Shown here in pieces: positions 1-7,341 of a stretch of 32,000 bases of DNA (position 1 is the stretch's first letter; each line of letters starts with the position of its first letter). Where the stretch lies: NCBI RefSeq assembly GCF_000007145.1, contig NC_003902.1:2606497-2638496 (forward strand), read 5' to 3'. The position numbers and the translations under genes were made by a program. The notes below the pieces were generated by a model. The model saw only the letters and a program-made list of their open reading frames with translations. It was not told where the DNA came from and made no database searches. The DNA comes from Xanthomonas campestris pv. campestris str. ATCC 33913 (lineage in GTDB: Bacteria; Pseudomonadota; Gammaproteobacteria; Xanthomonadales; Xanthomonadaceae).

Positions 1-527
1 AGCAGGTGCTCGGTCATCGCCATTGCGCCGGCGTGGTCGTCGATGCTCAGCACCGGGTAGTCGGCGCCCGGCAGATGCGCGTTGATCAGGACGGTGGGCA
101 GTGCCTGCGGCAGGTTGTCGGTGAGAAAACCCGGCTGCTCGGCGTACGGGGACAACACCAGCAAGCCATCCACGCGGCCGCGCATGGAACGCAGCGCCCT
201 GCCCTGGGCTTCGGGATCGCCGTGGTAGCTGGAGACCAGCAAATGCTGCCCGGCCGCACGCGCCGCCCCATCGATGCCGCGAATCAGTTCGGAAAAGAAC
301 TCGCCGTACAGATCAGGCAGCACCACACCCAGGGTCTGGGTGCGCCGGCTGCTGAGGCTGCGTGCCGCCGCATGCGGGCTGTAGCGCAGGCGTTCGGCCA
401 CGTCCAGGACCACCTGGCGCACCGGCCCGGCGACGTTGTCGTGCCCATTGAGCGCCCGCGATACCGTGGCAACGGAGACGCGTGCTTCTCGAGCGACATC
501 TTTGATGGTGACCGCACCTTTGGCCAT
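1..527 (-). CDS. LacI-family transcriptional regulator (N-terminal part; gene runs off the left edge)
   Basis: Reverse complement from ATG 527-525 reads MAKGAVTIKDVAREARVSVATVSRALNGHDNVAGPV..., the canonical LacI/PurR HTH. The frame stays open to position 1, so it is absent from the ORF track. GGAGGG Shine-Dalgarno (rc of 536-541) lies 8 nt upstream. Confidence 0.9.
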   Translation of the reverse strand, partial: MAKGAVTIKDVAREARVSVATVSRALNGHDNVAGPVRQVVLDVAERLRYSPHAAARSLSSRRTQTLGVVLPDLYGEFFSELIRGIDGAARAAGQHLLVSSYHGDPEAQGRALRSMRGRVDGLLVLSPYAEQPGFLTDNLPQALPTVLINAHLPGADYPVLSIDDHAGAMAMTEHL

Positions 528-571
528 TCGGGTCGCCCTCCGCGACCGACTTCCCAAAATCTGGCGCGGAC

Positions 572-585
572 TGTAAGCGTTTTCA
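572..585. promoter_or_regulatory. LacI-type operator O1 (TGTAAGCGTTTTCA)
   Basis: Fits the TGnAAnCGnTTnCA pattern of LacI-family operators. It lies 45-58 bp upstream of the regulator ATG and overlaps a candidate minus-strand -10 (TATGAA, rc of 582-587). Confidence 0.6.
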
Positions 586-616
586 TACGGAGGCGTAAAC
601 CCCTGTGAATGGGCTT

Positions 617-630
617 GTGAAAACGCTTAC
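617..630. promoter_or_regulatory. LacI-type operator O2 (TGAAAACGCTTACA), exact inverted copy of O1
   Basis: The 15-mer CTGTAAGCGTTTTCA (571-585) recurs as its exact reverse complement at 617-631, with centres 45 bp apart. It also resembles a CRP/Clp half-consensus (TGTGA-N6-TTACA at 615-630). Confidence 0.55.
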
Positions 631-1002
631 AGATCAAGCATCTAGAAGTGATGGATGCGTGAATAAGTATGCTGCGTCGCAACAACCCCGCAGCGATTGC
701 TCCACAGACGAAGCGCGACGCCGGTCTCGTTGGCGCCACGGGATGACGCCGCGACTGACGCATGGACAGCAGCGGACAGGTCAGTGTTTGCAGGCGTCGC
801 GCAGGGCCAGCAGCGCCTTGATTCGCTTGGGCAAAGGCGCGAGTCGTGCGCGCTTGGCGAGCGTCAGCCTGACCGCCCGCTTGATGATTCAGGCAGCTGC
901 GGCCCCGATCTTGGAGATCACAAGAAAGCTGCAACCAGCATGGTCCTGCCTCGCAATCGCTTCCGGCCAACCAGTCAGAACCGGATTGACCGAACGGTCG
1001 CC

Positions 1003-1272
1003 CTACCCCGCCTCACCAGGCGCCAGCGCCTCGATCGAGAGCGCATGGATATCGGTCTGCATCATCTCGCCCACCGCGGCGTACACCGCACGGTGCCGCG
1101 CCAGTGGCGCCTTGCCGGCGAACACACTGCTGACCACGCGCACATTGAAGTGCCCACGCCCATCCCGCGCGCCCGCATGCCCGGCATGGCGATGACTGTC
1201 GTCGACCACCTCCAGTTCGACGGGTGCCAGCGCGGCCTGCAGCGCGGCGCGGATGCGGTCGACCCGGCTCAT
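1003..1272 (-). CDS. BolA-family protein
   Basis: Internal ATG at 1272 of ORF 1003-1350 gives [15 protein letters not shown]...[11 protein letters not shown]...[44 protein letters not shown], a BolA-fold signature of 89 aa. ATGA start/stop overlap with the upstream yciI. Confidence 0.85.
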   Translation of the reverse strand: MSRVDRIRAALQAALAPVELEVVDDSHRHAGHAGARDGRGHFNVRVVSSVFAGKAPLARHRAVYAAVGEMMQTDIHALSIEALAPGEAG

Positions 1273-1568
1273 GGCAGCACCCGCCGGAACGGGCGGACGT
1301 CGACCCGCGCATACACCCCGGCCGCCACATACGGGTCGGCATCGGCCCACGCGCGTGCTGCCTCCAGTGAAGCGAACTCGGCAATCATCACGCTGCCGCT
1401 AAAGCCGGCCGGGCCCGGGTCCTCGGCGTCGATTGCCGGGCATGGGCCGGCCACCAGCAGCCGCCCTTCTGCCGTCAGTGCCTGCAGGCGCTGCAGATGC
1501 GCCGGTCTCGCCTGCTGCCGTGCCGCCAGGGCATCGGCCCGGTCATAGCCTTCGATTACGTACCACAC
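1269..1568 (-). CDS. yciI: YciI-family protein
   Basis: ORF 1269-1586. (V/M)[38 protein letters not shown]...[33 protein letters not shown] aligns end-to-end with my memory of E. coli YciI (MLYVIY...). I chose GTG 1568 because it matches that N-terminus and has GAGG 6 nt upstream. ATG 1586 is the alternative. Confidence 0.85.
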   Translation of the reverse strand: MWYVIEGYDRADALAARQQARPAHLQRLQALTAEGRLLVAGPCPAIDAEDPGPAGFSGSVMIAEFASLEAARAWADADPYVAAGVYARVDVRPFRRVLP

Positions 1569-1934
1569 ACGCCACCTCGCCCACATCGGAAGATCACCCC
1601 GCCAATTCTAGCCGCGCCAGCGCTGGACACCGCCCCCACCCACGCATTACCCTTGACACCACTGCACACGCAACCGGACGCAGCGGCCCGTCGGCCCAGG
1701 CTCAACGCTTCTCTCGACGGCCGATTCGCTGCCCACCGCCGGCCCGCGTAGACGACCTCCCCGCTGTTCCGTCGCCGCCTGCCACGCGGCGCCTGATTGC
1801 ATGCGGACCGGCGTATGTGGATTTGTGGGATCGTGCCGAAGCAGGCACGACATTGATCGCAATAACTCAAGGCAAAGCCCTGCAGGCACGGCTCCGTACC
1901 GTGGCCGGCGACCGCAAGACCCGATGTCGACCTG

Positions 1935-2840
1935 ATGAATTCCGAACTCGCGCACGACGCGAATCCGCCAGCCACGAGCGCGCCACCGCAGCAGCAGGAA
2001 ATGCCGCTGGCGGTCGTGCATGGGCAACCGGTGCTGCAGATCCCGCAGGATCTGTATATCCCGCCGGACGCGCTGGAAGTCATCCTGGACGCCTTCGAAG
2101 GTCCGCTGGACCTGCTGCTGTACCTGATCCGCCGTCAGAACCTGGACATCCTGGATATTCCCGTCGCCGAGATCACCCGGCAGTACGTGGACTACATCAA
2201 CGTGATGCAGGAGCTGCGTTTCGAACTGGCGGCCGAATACCTGGTGATGGCCGCGATCCTGGCCGAGATCAAGTCGCGCATGCTGCTGCCGCGCCCGCCC
2301 AGCCAGGAAGGCGAAGAAGACGACCCGCGCGCAGAACTGGTGCGCCGGCTGCAGGAATACGAGCGGTTCAAGCAGGCCGCCGAGGATCTGGACACCCTGC
2401 CCCGCATGGGCCGCGACTCGGCGCCGGTGCAGGCGCATCTGCCCGAACGCGCCGCGGTCAAGCTGCCGCCACCGGTGGATCTGAAAGAAATGCTGATGGC
2501 GCTGTACGACGTGCTCAAACGCGCCGAACTGTTTACCGGGCATGCGATCAAGCGCGAGGCGCTGAGCGTGCGCCAGCGCATGGGCGATGTGCTCAGCCGT
2601 CTGGACGACGGCAAGTTCTACCGATTCGAATCGCTGTTCACTGCCGAGGAAGGCAAGCTCGGCGTGCTGGTCACCTTTTTGGCGTTGCTGGAATTGGCCA
2701 AGGAGCAGTTGCTGGACATCGTGCAGGAAGCGCCGCTGGCGCCGATCTACGTGAAGTCGCTGGCGTTGGGCAATACCAATGCGCCGTTGCAATTCTCCAG
2801 CGAATTCGACGACAGCGACGCTGCCAACGAACCCACCTGA
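1935..2840 (+). CDS. scpA: Segregation and condensation protein A (kleisin ScpA)
   Basis: ORF 1935-2840 (301 aa). Motif LDAFEGPLDLLLYLIRRQNLDILDIPVAEITRQYVDYI is typical of ScpA. scpB follows 14 nt downstream. Confidence 0.93.
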   Translation: MNSELAHDANPPATSAPPQQQEMPLAVVHGQPVLQIPQDLYIPPDALEVILDAFEGPLDLLLYLIRRQNLDILDIPVAEITRQYVDYINVMQELRFELAAEYLVMAAILAEIKSRMLLPRPPSQEGEEDDPRAELVRRLQEYERFKQAAEDLDTLPRMGRDSAPVQAHLPERAAVKLPPPVDLKEMLMALYDVLKRAELFTGHAIKREALSVRQRMGDVLSRLDDGKFYRFESLFTAEEGKLGVLVTFLALLELAKEQLLDIVQEAPLAPIYVKSLALGNTNAPLQFSSEFDDSDAANEPT

Positions 2841-2853
2841 AGCCGATCACCGA

Positions 2854-3984
2854 ATGGATCAAGCGCTGATCACCCGCATTATCGAAGCCGCCCTGTTGGC
2901 CAGCAGCCAGCCGTTGACGCTGGCGCAGCTGCAAGGGCTGTTTCCCGAGGAAGAGCCGGCACCGCCCGGCAGCGTGGAGCGCGCGCTGGAACTGCTGCGC
3001 GAGGGCTGCACCGAGCGCGGTGTGGAACTGGTGGAAGTGGCGTCCGGCTTCCGCTTTCAGGTCAAGGCCGACTTGCACGGCTGGGTGGCGCGGCTGTGGA
3101 CCGAGCGTCGCACCAAGTACACCCGTGCCACGCTGGAGACCCTGGCGCTGATCGCCTACCGCCAGCCGATCACCCGCGGCGAAATCGAGCAGGTGCGCGG
3201 CGTGGCGGTGAGCAGCAACATCATCCAGGCCCTGGAAGAACGCGAGTGGATCCGCGTGGTGGGCCACCGCGACGTGCCCGGCAAGCCCGCCCTGTTCGGC
3301 ACCACCAAGGGCTTTCTGGACTACTTCGGGCTCAAGCGGCTGGACGAGCTGCCGCCATTGTCTGAGTTGAAGGACATCGCCGAGCTGGAACCGCAGCTGC
3401 CGCTGGACCGCGACGGCCAGCTGGACGGCCCGGTGCCCGCCGCGGCCGCGATGTCGCAAGACGAGACCGCGCCGGCTGATACAGAGCAGGCTGATGGCGA
3501 ACAGAGCGATGACGCCGACGACGACGGCGCTGATGATGTCGCCGGAGCAGACAACGACGGCAATGCAACGAATGCCGATGCCGATAGCGACGACAACGGC
3601 GCAGCAGCACCCACCGATGCAGCGCCAGATGCAGACGTGGAGCCGCAAGCCGACGGAGACGCCACCCAGGTCGAAACGACCGGCGCCGGCACCGATGCAG
3701 CGCGGAGCCATGGCAGCGACAGCGCAGACAACGCTGCCGAGGCGCACGACCCGATCGATGCAACACCGCAGCACCCCGCGGCCACCGCGGCGCAGGACCC
3801 GAACACGCACCACCCACAGACCGCCCGCGAGGACGAACCCGACACCGCGCCGGGCACGCGCGCGGATGCAGTGAACGAAGACGAAGACAACGCCGTCGCG
3901 ACGACGACCGTGGCTGTTGACGAAGCCGATTCCGACCCAGAGGCCGACCCAGAACGCGTCGGCCGGAGCCAGACACATGAGTGA
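2854..3984 (+). CDS. scpB: Segregation and condensation protein B (ScpB) with ~200-aa acidic C-terminal extension
   Basis: ATG 2854 inside ORF 2779-3984. MDQALITRIIEAALLASSQPLTLAQL..., YRQPITRGEIEQVRGV and GKPALFGTTKGFLDYFGL mark the ScpB winged-helix core (about aa 1-175). The remainder is D/E/A/T-rich low complexity. Confidence 0.9.
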   Translation: MDQALITRIIEAALLASSQPLTLAQLQGLFPEEEPAPPGSVERALELLREGCTERGVELVEVASGFRFQVKADLHGWVARLWTERRTKYTRATLETLALIAYRQPITRGEIEQVRGVAVSSNIIQALEEREWIRVVGHRDVPGKPALFGTTKGFLDYFGLKRLDELPPLSELKDIAELEPQLPLDRDGQLDGPVPAAAAMSQDETAPADTEQADGEQSDDADDDGADDVAGADNDGNATNADADSDDNGAAAPTDAAPDADVEPQADGDATQVETTGAGTDAARSHGSDSADNAAEAHDPIDATPQHPAATAAQDPNTHHPQTAREDEPDTAPGTRADAVNEDEDNAVATTTVAVDEADSDPEADPERVGRSQTHE

Positions 3985-5455
3985 CACCCCCCGCAAGCTG
4001 TCGTTGAACAAGCTTTCCCTCAAGCGCGACAGCGCGCCCGAAGCGCCGAAACTGGAAGAGCGCCTGCACAAGGTGCTGGCCCAGGCCGGCCTGGGCTCGC
4101 GCCGCGCGCTGGAGCAGCGCATTGCCGATGGCCTGATCAAGGTCAATGGCGCCGTCGCGCAGACCGGCATGTCGGTGCGCAGCGGCGACAAGATCGAACT
4201 GGACGGCCGCAGCTTCGTCGCCAGCGCGCTGACCGAATCCTCGCGCGTGCTGGTCTACAACAAGCCCGAAGGCGAAGTGACCACCCGCGAAGATCCCGAA
4301 GGCCGCCCGACCGTATTCGAGTCGCTGCCGGCGCTGAAGGGCTCGCGCTGGATCGCTATCGGCCGCCTGGACATCAACACCACCGGCCTGCTGCTGCTCA
4401 CCACCGATGGCGAGCTGGCCAACGCGATGATGCACCCCTCCTACGAGGTTGAACGCGAGTACGTGGTGCGCGTGCGCGCCCCGGAAGGCGAAGAGAAGGT
4501 GCCCGACAGCATGATCGAGCGGCTCTCGCGCGGCGTGTTGCTGGAAGACGGCGGCGCCAAGTTCGACGAGATCGAACGCATCGGTGGCACCGATTCGCAC
4601 GACTGGTTCCGCGTGGTGGTCAAGGAAGGCCGTAACCGCGAAGTGCGCCGCCTGTGGGAGTCGCAAGGCTGCCAGGTCAGCCGCCTCAAGCGCACCCGCT
4701 ACGGCAAGGTGTCGCTGCCACGCGAGCTGTTGCGCGGGCAATCGGTGGAACTGGCACAGGAAAAGGTCGACGCCCTGCGCGCCGAACTCAAGCTGGAAGA
4801 AGGCGCGCCGTCGGCACTGACGCTGCAGCCGGTGATCGGCCAGCGCCGCGCCGCCAAGTCGACCGTGCACGTGTCGCGCGACGGCCGCAGCAATGCCTAC
4901 GTCAACGGCCAGACCTCCGGCGCCGATGAAGGCCGTGAGTTGCGCCGCTTCGACAACCTGCGCGAGGATCGCGGCGGCCGTGGTGGCCGCGGCAAGCCCG
5001 GCGGCTTCAAGGGCGGCCTGACGGTCAGCGGCGAAGCCGCTGCCAAGCAATCGCAGCAGCGCCCGTTCAAGCAGCGTGGCCCGGCCAAGGGCGACCGCTC
5101 GCTGCCGGACGGCAACCCGGCCGCGTTCCGCAGCTGGTATGTGCCCGATGGCGTGAGCACCGGCCCGAGCGGCCACCGCAACGCAGGTCCGGGCGGCGCC
5201 GGCACCGGCCAGCCGCGTCCCTACGCCAAGAAGGGTCCGGGCGGTGCACGCCCGGGCGCTGGCGGCCAGGGCCGCGGCGCGGCAGGTGGGCAAGGTCAGT
5301 CGCAGGGTCAAGGTCAAGGCCAGCGCAAGCACCCCTACGGCCACCCGGGCAACGCGCCGAGCTTCCCGTCCGATCACGCCAACCCGGGTTTCAGCCCGTA
5401 TGGCGCCGCACGGCCGGCCAACGAGTCGTACAAACGGCGACCACCCCGGCACTAA
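3977..5455 (+). CDS. rluB: 23S rRNA pseudouridine synthase RluB with ~200-aa Arg/Gly-rich C-terminal tail
   Basis: ATG 3977 (ATGAGTGA, 8-nt overlap with the scpB stop). S4 domain RLHKVLAQAGLGSRRALEQRIADGLIKVNG and RsuA/RluB core RWIAIGRLDINTTGLLLLTTDGELAN. The scpA-scpB-rluB order is widely conserved. Confidence 0.92.
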   Translation: MSDTPRKLSLNKLSLKRDSAPEAPKLEERLHKVLAQAGLGSRRALEQRIADGLIKVNGAVAQTGMSVRSGDKIELDGRSFVASALTESSRVLVYNKPEGEVTTREDPEGRPTVFESLPALKGSRWIAIGRLDINTTGLLLLTTDGELANAMMHPSYEVEREYVVRVRAPEGEEKVPDSMIERLSRGVLLEDGGAKFDEIERIGGTDSHDWFRVVVKEGRNREVRRLWESQGCQVSRLKRTRYGKVSLPRELLRGQSVELAQEKVDALRAELKLEEGAPSALTLQPVIGQRRAAKSTVHVSRDGRSNAYVNGQTSGADEGRELRRFDNLREDRGGRGGRGKPGGFKGGLTVSGEAAAKQSQQRPFKQRGPAKGDRSLPDGNPAAFRSWYVPDGVSTGPSGHRNAGPGGAGTGQPRPYAKKGPGGARPGAGGQGRGAAGGQGQSQGQGQGQRKHPYGHPGNAPSFPSDHANPGFSPYGAARPANESYKRRPPRH

Positions 5456-5457
5456 TC

Positions 5458-5610
5458 ATGGCCAAGATGCCAACCGTCGGCCCCGGTGGCCCGGGTGGTG
5501 CCGCACGTGGACCGGGCGGTCCTGGCGGCGCACCGCGCGGCGGCCCGGGCGGCCGTCCGCCGGGCGGCGGCAACCGTCGGCCACCAGGTGGCGGCAATCG
5601 CGGTCGCTAA
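5458..5610 (+). CDS. Candidate 50-aa Gly/Pro/Arg-rich micro-ORF (or a detached piece of the RluB tail)
   Basis: ATG 5458 lies 2 nt after the rluB TAA and the stop is TAA 5608-5610. It encodes MAKMPTVGPGGPGGAARGPGGPGGAPRGGPGGRPPGGGNRRPPGGGNRGR. The operon terminator sits about 20 nt after this ORF, not after rluB. No Shine-Dalgarno is visible and the composition could arise by chance in GC-rich DNA. Confidence 0.35.
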   Translation: MAKMPTVGPGGPGGAARGPGGPGGAPRGGPGGRPPGGGNRRPPGGGNRGR

Positions 5611-5627
5611 GCTACAAGACGTGCAAT

Positions 5628-5657
5628 AAAAAAACGGCCCTGCGAAGGGCCGTTTTT
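5628..5657 (+). terminator. Rho-independent terminator, bidirectional in form
   Basis: AAAACGGCCC (5631-5640) pairs with GGGCCGTTTT (5647-5656) around loop TGCGAA. It is flanked by a 7-A run (5628-5634) and a 5-T run (5653-5657). Confidence 0.9.
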
Positions 5658-5833
5658 CGTTATCGCTTGGATCATGTCTGCTTGAATCACGCGATACATC
5701 GAAGTAAGCGTGAGACGTTAACAGTGGCTCGCAGCGAACCGGCACGCGAGGCAGCTTTAGAGCGGCCAACGGAACACCGCTCTGCGGGCGCGGCCGGCTT
5801 TGTGGTTCCCATCAGCACACAACCAGGTTGCCA

Positions 5834-5942
5834 GGTGCGATGTCCTCACCGCTTGCGGGACCGTGTGGCGGCATGGATGCCGCCACCGAGCCTACATGGA
5901 CGTACTTGCGGCGTGTCCCGCAAGCGGTGAGGGCAACGCGCC
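5834..5942. repeat. Palindromic REP/MITE-like element, copy 1
   Basis: Perfect 18-bp inverted arms CCTCACCGCTTGCGGGAC (5844-5861) and GTCCCGCAAGCGGTGAGG (5915-5932) enclose a 53-nt core. The core contains the palindrome GGCGGCATGGATGCCGCC. Confidence 0.8.
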
Positions 5943-6079
5943 CTCGACTAACCAAGCTTTTTGACTCCATCTAAATGCGGCTAAGACTCGACATTTCGAT
6001 TGTCTTCTTTTGTCTTGGAGTGGTTGGACAGTGCGGATAGATCACTTGCAGAGCGGCTGATCTGCGGCTTGGCTGCAGG

Positions 6080-6185
6080 GCCCTAGCCCGTCCACCGGCG
6101 CGGGACACGCTGCAAGTACGTCCATGTAAGCTCTTCTACGGCATCCATGCCGCATAAGGTCCCGCGCCGGTGGGCGGGCAAGGAC
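6080..6185. repeat. Palindromic REP/MITE-like element, copy 2 (core inverted relative to copy 1)
   Basis: Arms GCCCGTCCACCGGCGCGGGAC (6086-6106) and GTCCCGCGCCGGTGGGCGGGC (6159-6179) give 21 bp with 1 mismatch. The 52-nt core is about 80% identical to the reverse complement of the copy 1 core (ACGCYGCAAGTACGTCCATGTARGCTC...GGCATCCATGCCGC). Confidence 0.8.
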
Positions 6186-6361
6186 CAGTCCAGAGTGTCG
6201 GTGTGCATGTGTGAGCAGTGCATGCCGTGCGGCCGTCCGACTAGTTGCCGGTCTGATCAAGTTCACTCGATCCGCGCAATGTCGCTGCCATCCCGACATC
6301 ATTTCACTCGTCAATCAAAGTCAGTGCGGCCAACGCACTGCCGCCATCGCTACAGACCTCT

Positions 6362-6399
6362 AGAGGCTTTGTTACCTATCTCTAGGTAACAAAGCCTCT
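6362..6399. other. Perfect 17-bp stem / 4-nt loop hairpin (possible terminator or operator)
   Basis: AGAGGCTTTGTTACCTA (6362-6378), loop TCTC, TAGGTAACAAAGCCTCT (6383-6399). It lies 57 nt downstream of the stop of the minus-strand gene 6456-6893. There is no U-tract on either strand. Confidence 0.5.
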
Positions 6400-6455
6400 C
6401 GCGTACAGATGCGCTTGTTGTGTGCAGTGCCGTCTTCAGCGCGATCTGCTGCGTC

Positions 6456-6893
6456 TTACTTGCGACGCTCGATCACGAAGTTGCCTACATTGACGCCCAG
6501 ATCTACGCCCTCGCCCGTCCCGGCCAGGGCCAGCGAGATGTCGCCCTTGGTGACGACCTGTGCGGTACTGGACTTGACCACGCCGGCATGCGCCTCGGCG
6601 GCCGCATAGGTGCCCAGCAGATCATTGAGGCTGTATGCACCGGAGAAGGTGCCGCGGCCGCCGGTGATCTTGGACTTGCCGACTGTTAGGCCACCGCCCT
6701 TGCTGGAGATCTTCACCGGAATCACCGCACCGTTGTCGCAGGTGATGGTGCCGGTGCCGCTGGCGGTCTTGTAGAACACCGACCAGCCTTCGAGATTGAA
6801 CGACAGTTTGCAGTCGATGTTGCCTGCTGCCTGGGCCTGCGGCGCGAGCGTGGCGACGCCCAGCAGCGCGAACAGAGAGAACGACTTGATCAT
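6456..6893 (-). CDS. Hypothetical secreted protein (145 aa, Sec signal peptide, Gly/Thr/Val-rich, 2 Cys)
   Basis: ATG 6893 inside ORF 6456-7136. MIKSFSLFALLGVATLAPQAQA|AGNIDCKLSFNLEGWSVFYKTASGTGTITCDNG... has an n-h-c signal peptide with an AQA cleavage motif. I cannot place the mature part in a named family. Confidence 0.75.
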   Translation of the reverse strand: MIKSFSLFALLGVATLAPQAQAAGNIDCKLSFNLEGWSVFYKTASGTGTITCDNGAVIPVKISSKGGGLTVGKSKITGGRGTFSGAYSLNDLLGTYAAAEAHAGVVKSSTAQVVTKGDISLALAGTGEGVDLGVNVGNFVIERRK

Positions 6894-7341
6894 GTGCAGC
6901 TTCCGGTGATGGACGTGGCGCGAGCCTAGCAGCGCCGGTGTGGCGGCCGCGACAAGGTCCTTGCGTCGTGCAAGCGCCGGTTCAGCGAATCGTTGGGGCG
7001 CGTGCAAGGCGCGGGCGGCGCAGTTCACCGCGTGGCATCCCGTGCCGATGGGCTCCACCGTCGGAGCGAAGCGCTGGCGGCGCGAAGGCGCAAGGCCGAG
7101 CCGCCGCTGGGGGCCGTTGCATTGTCGACTGCCCAATCGGAATCAATGGCCCTGCATCTTCGATGCATAGGTGCGCTTGATGCAGCCTTGCGCAGCCGGT
7201 TAGTCGCCGCGCACCGGAAGCAACGGGATCACTGGCTCTGCATGCCGCATCCCAACGCGCAGGTGGCTTTGCATCCGGCGTTGATCGAGCAGATCGCGGT
7301 GCGGTTGGATTCGGTCTTGGCCGGCATGGGATGATCACCTC

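Noticed and set aside
781-888. Minus-strand stretch reading IIKRAVRLTLAKRARLAPLPKRIKALLALRDACKH-stop, which looks protein-like, in the lacI-bolA spacer.
   Set aside because: It has no start codon and an in-frame TGA lies immediately upstream (rc of 889-891). The K/R/A/L composition is what GC-rich noise gives. At best it is a decayed remnant, which is not supportable here.
3332-5452. 706-aa ORF antisense to scpB/rluB. Similar long shadow ORFs: 1433-2869 +, 1647-2792 -, 2671-4191 -, 9432-10706 +, 10322-11788 -, 13923-15434 -, 21717-23180 +, 23289-24905 -, 26510-27829 -, 28626-29684 +, 29518-31194 +.
   Set aside because: The translations are Arg/Ala/Gly/Pro-rich with no recognisable domains. 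Each lies opposite or out of frame to a gene with clear family motifs. This is the expected stop-codon depletion of ~65% GC DNA.
5975-6040. 21-codon hydrophobic mini-ORF (MRLRLDISIVFFCLGVVGQCG) in the AT-rich segment between the two palindromic elements; considered as a type I toxin-like peptide.
   Set aside because: No RBS, promoter or antisense-RNA features could be identified. It is too short for codon statistics. It is mentioned only so that someone with Ribo-seq data can look.
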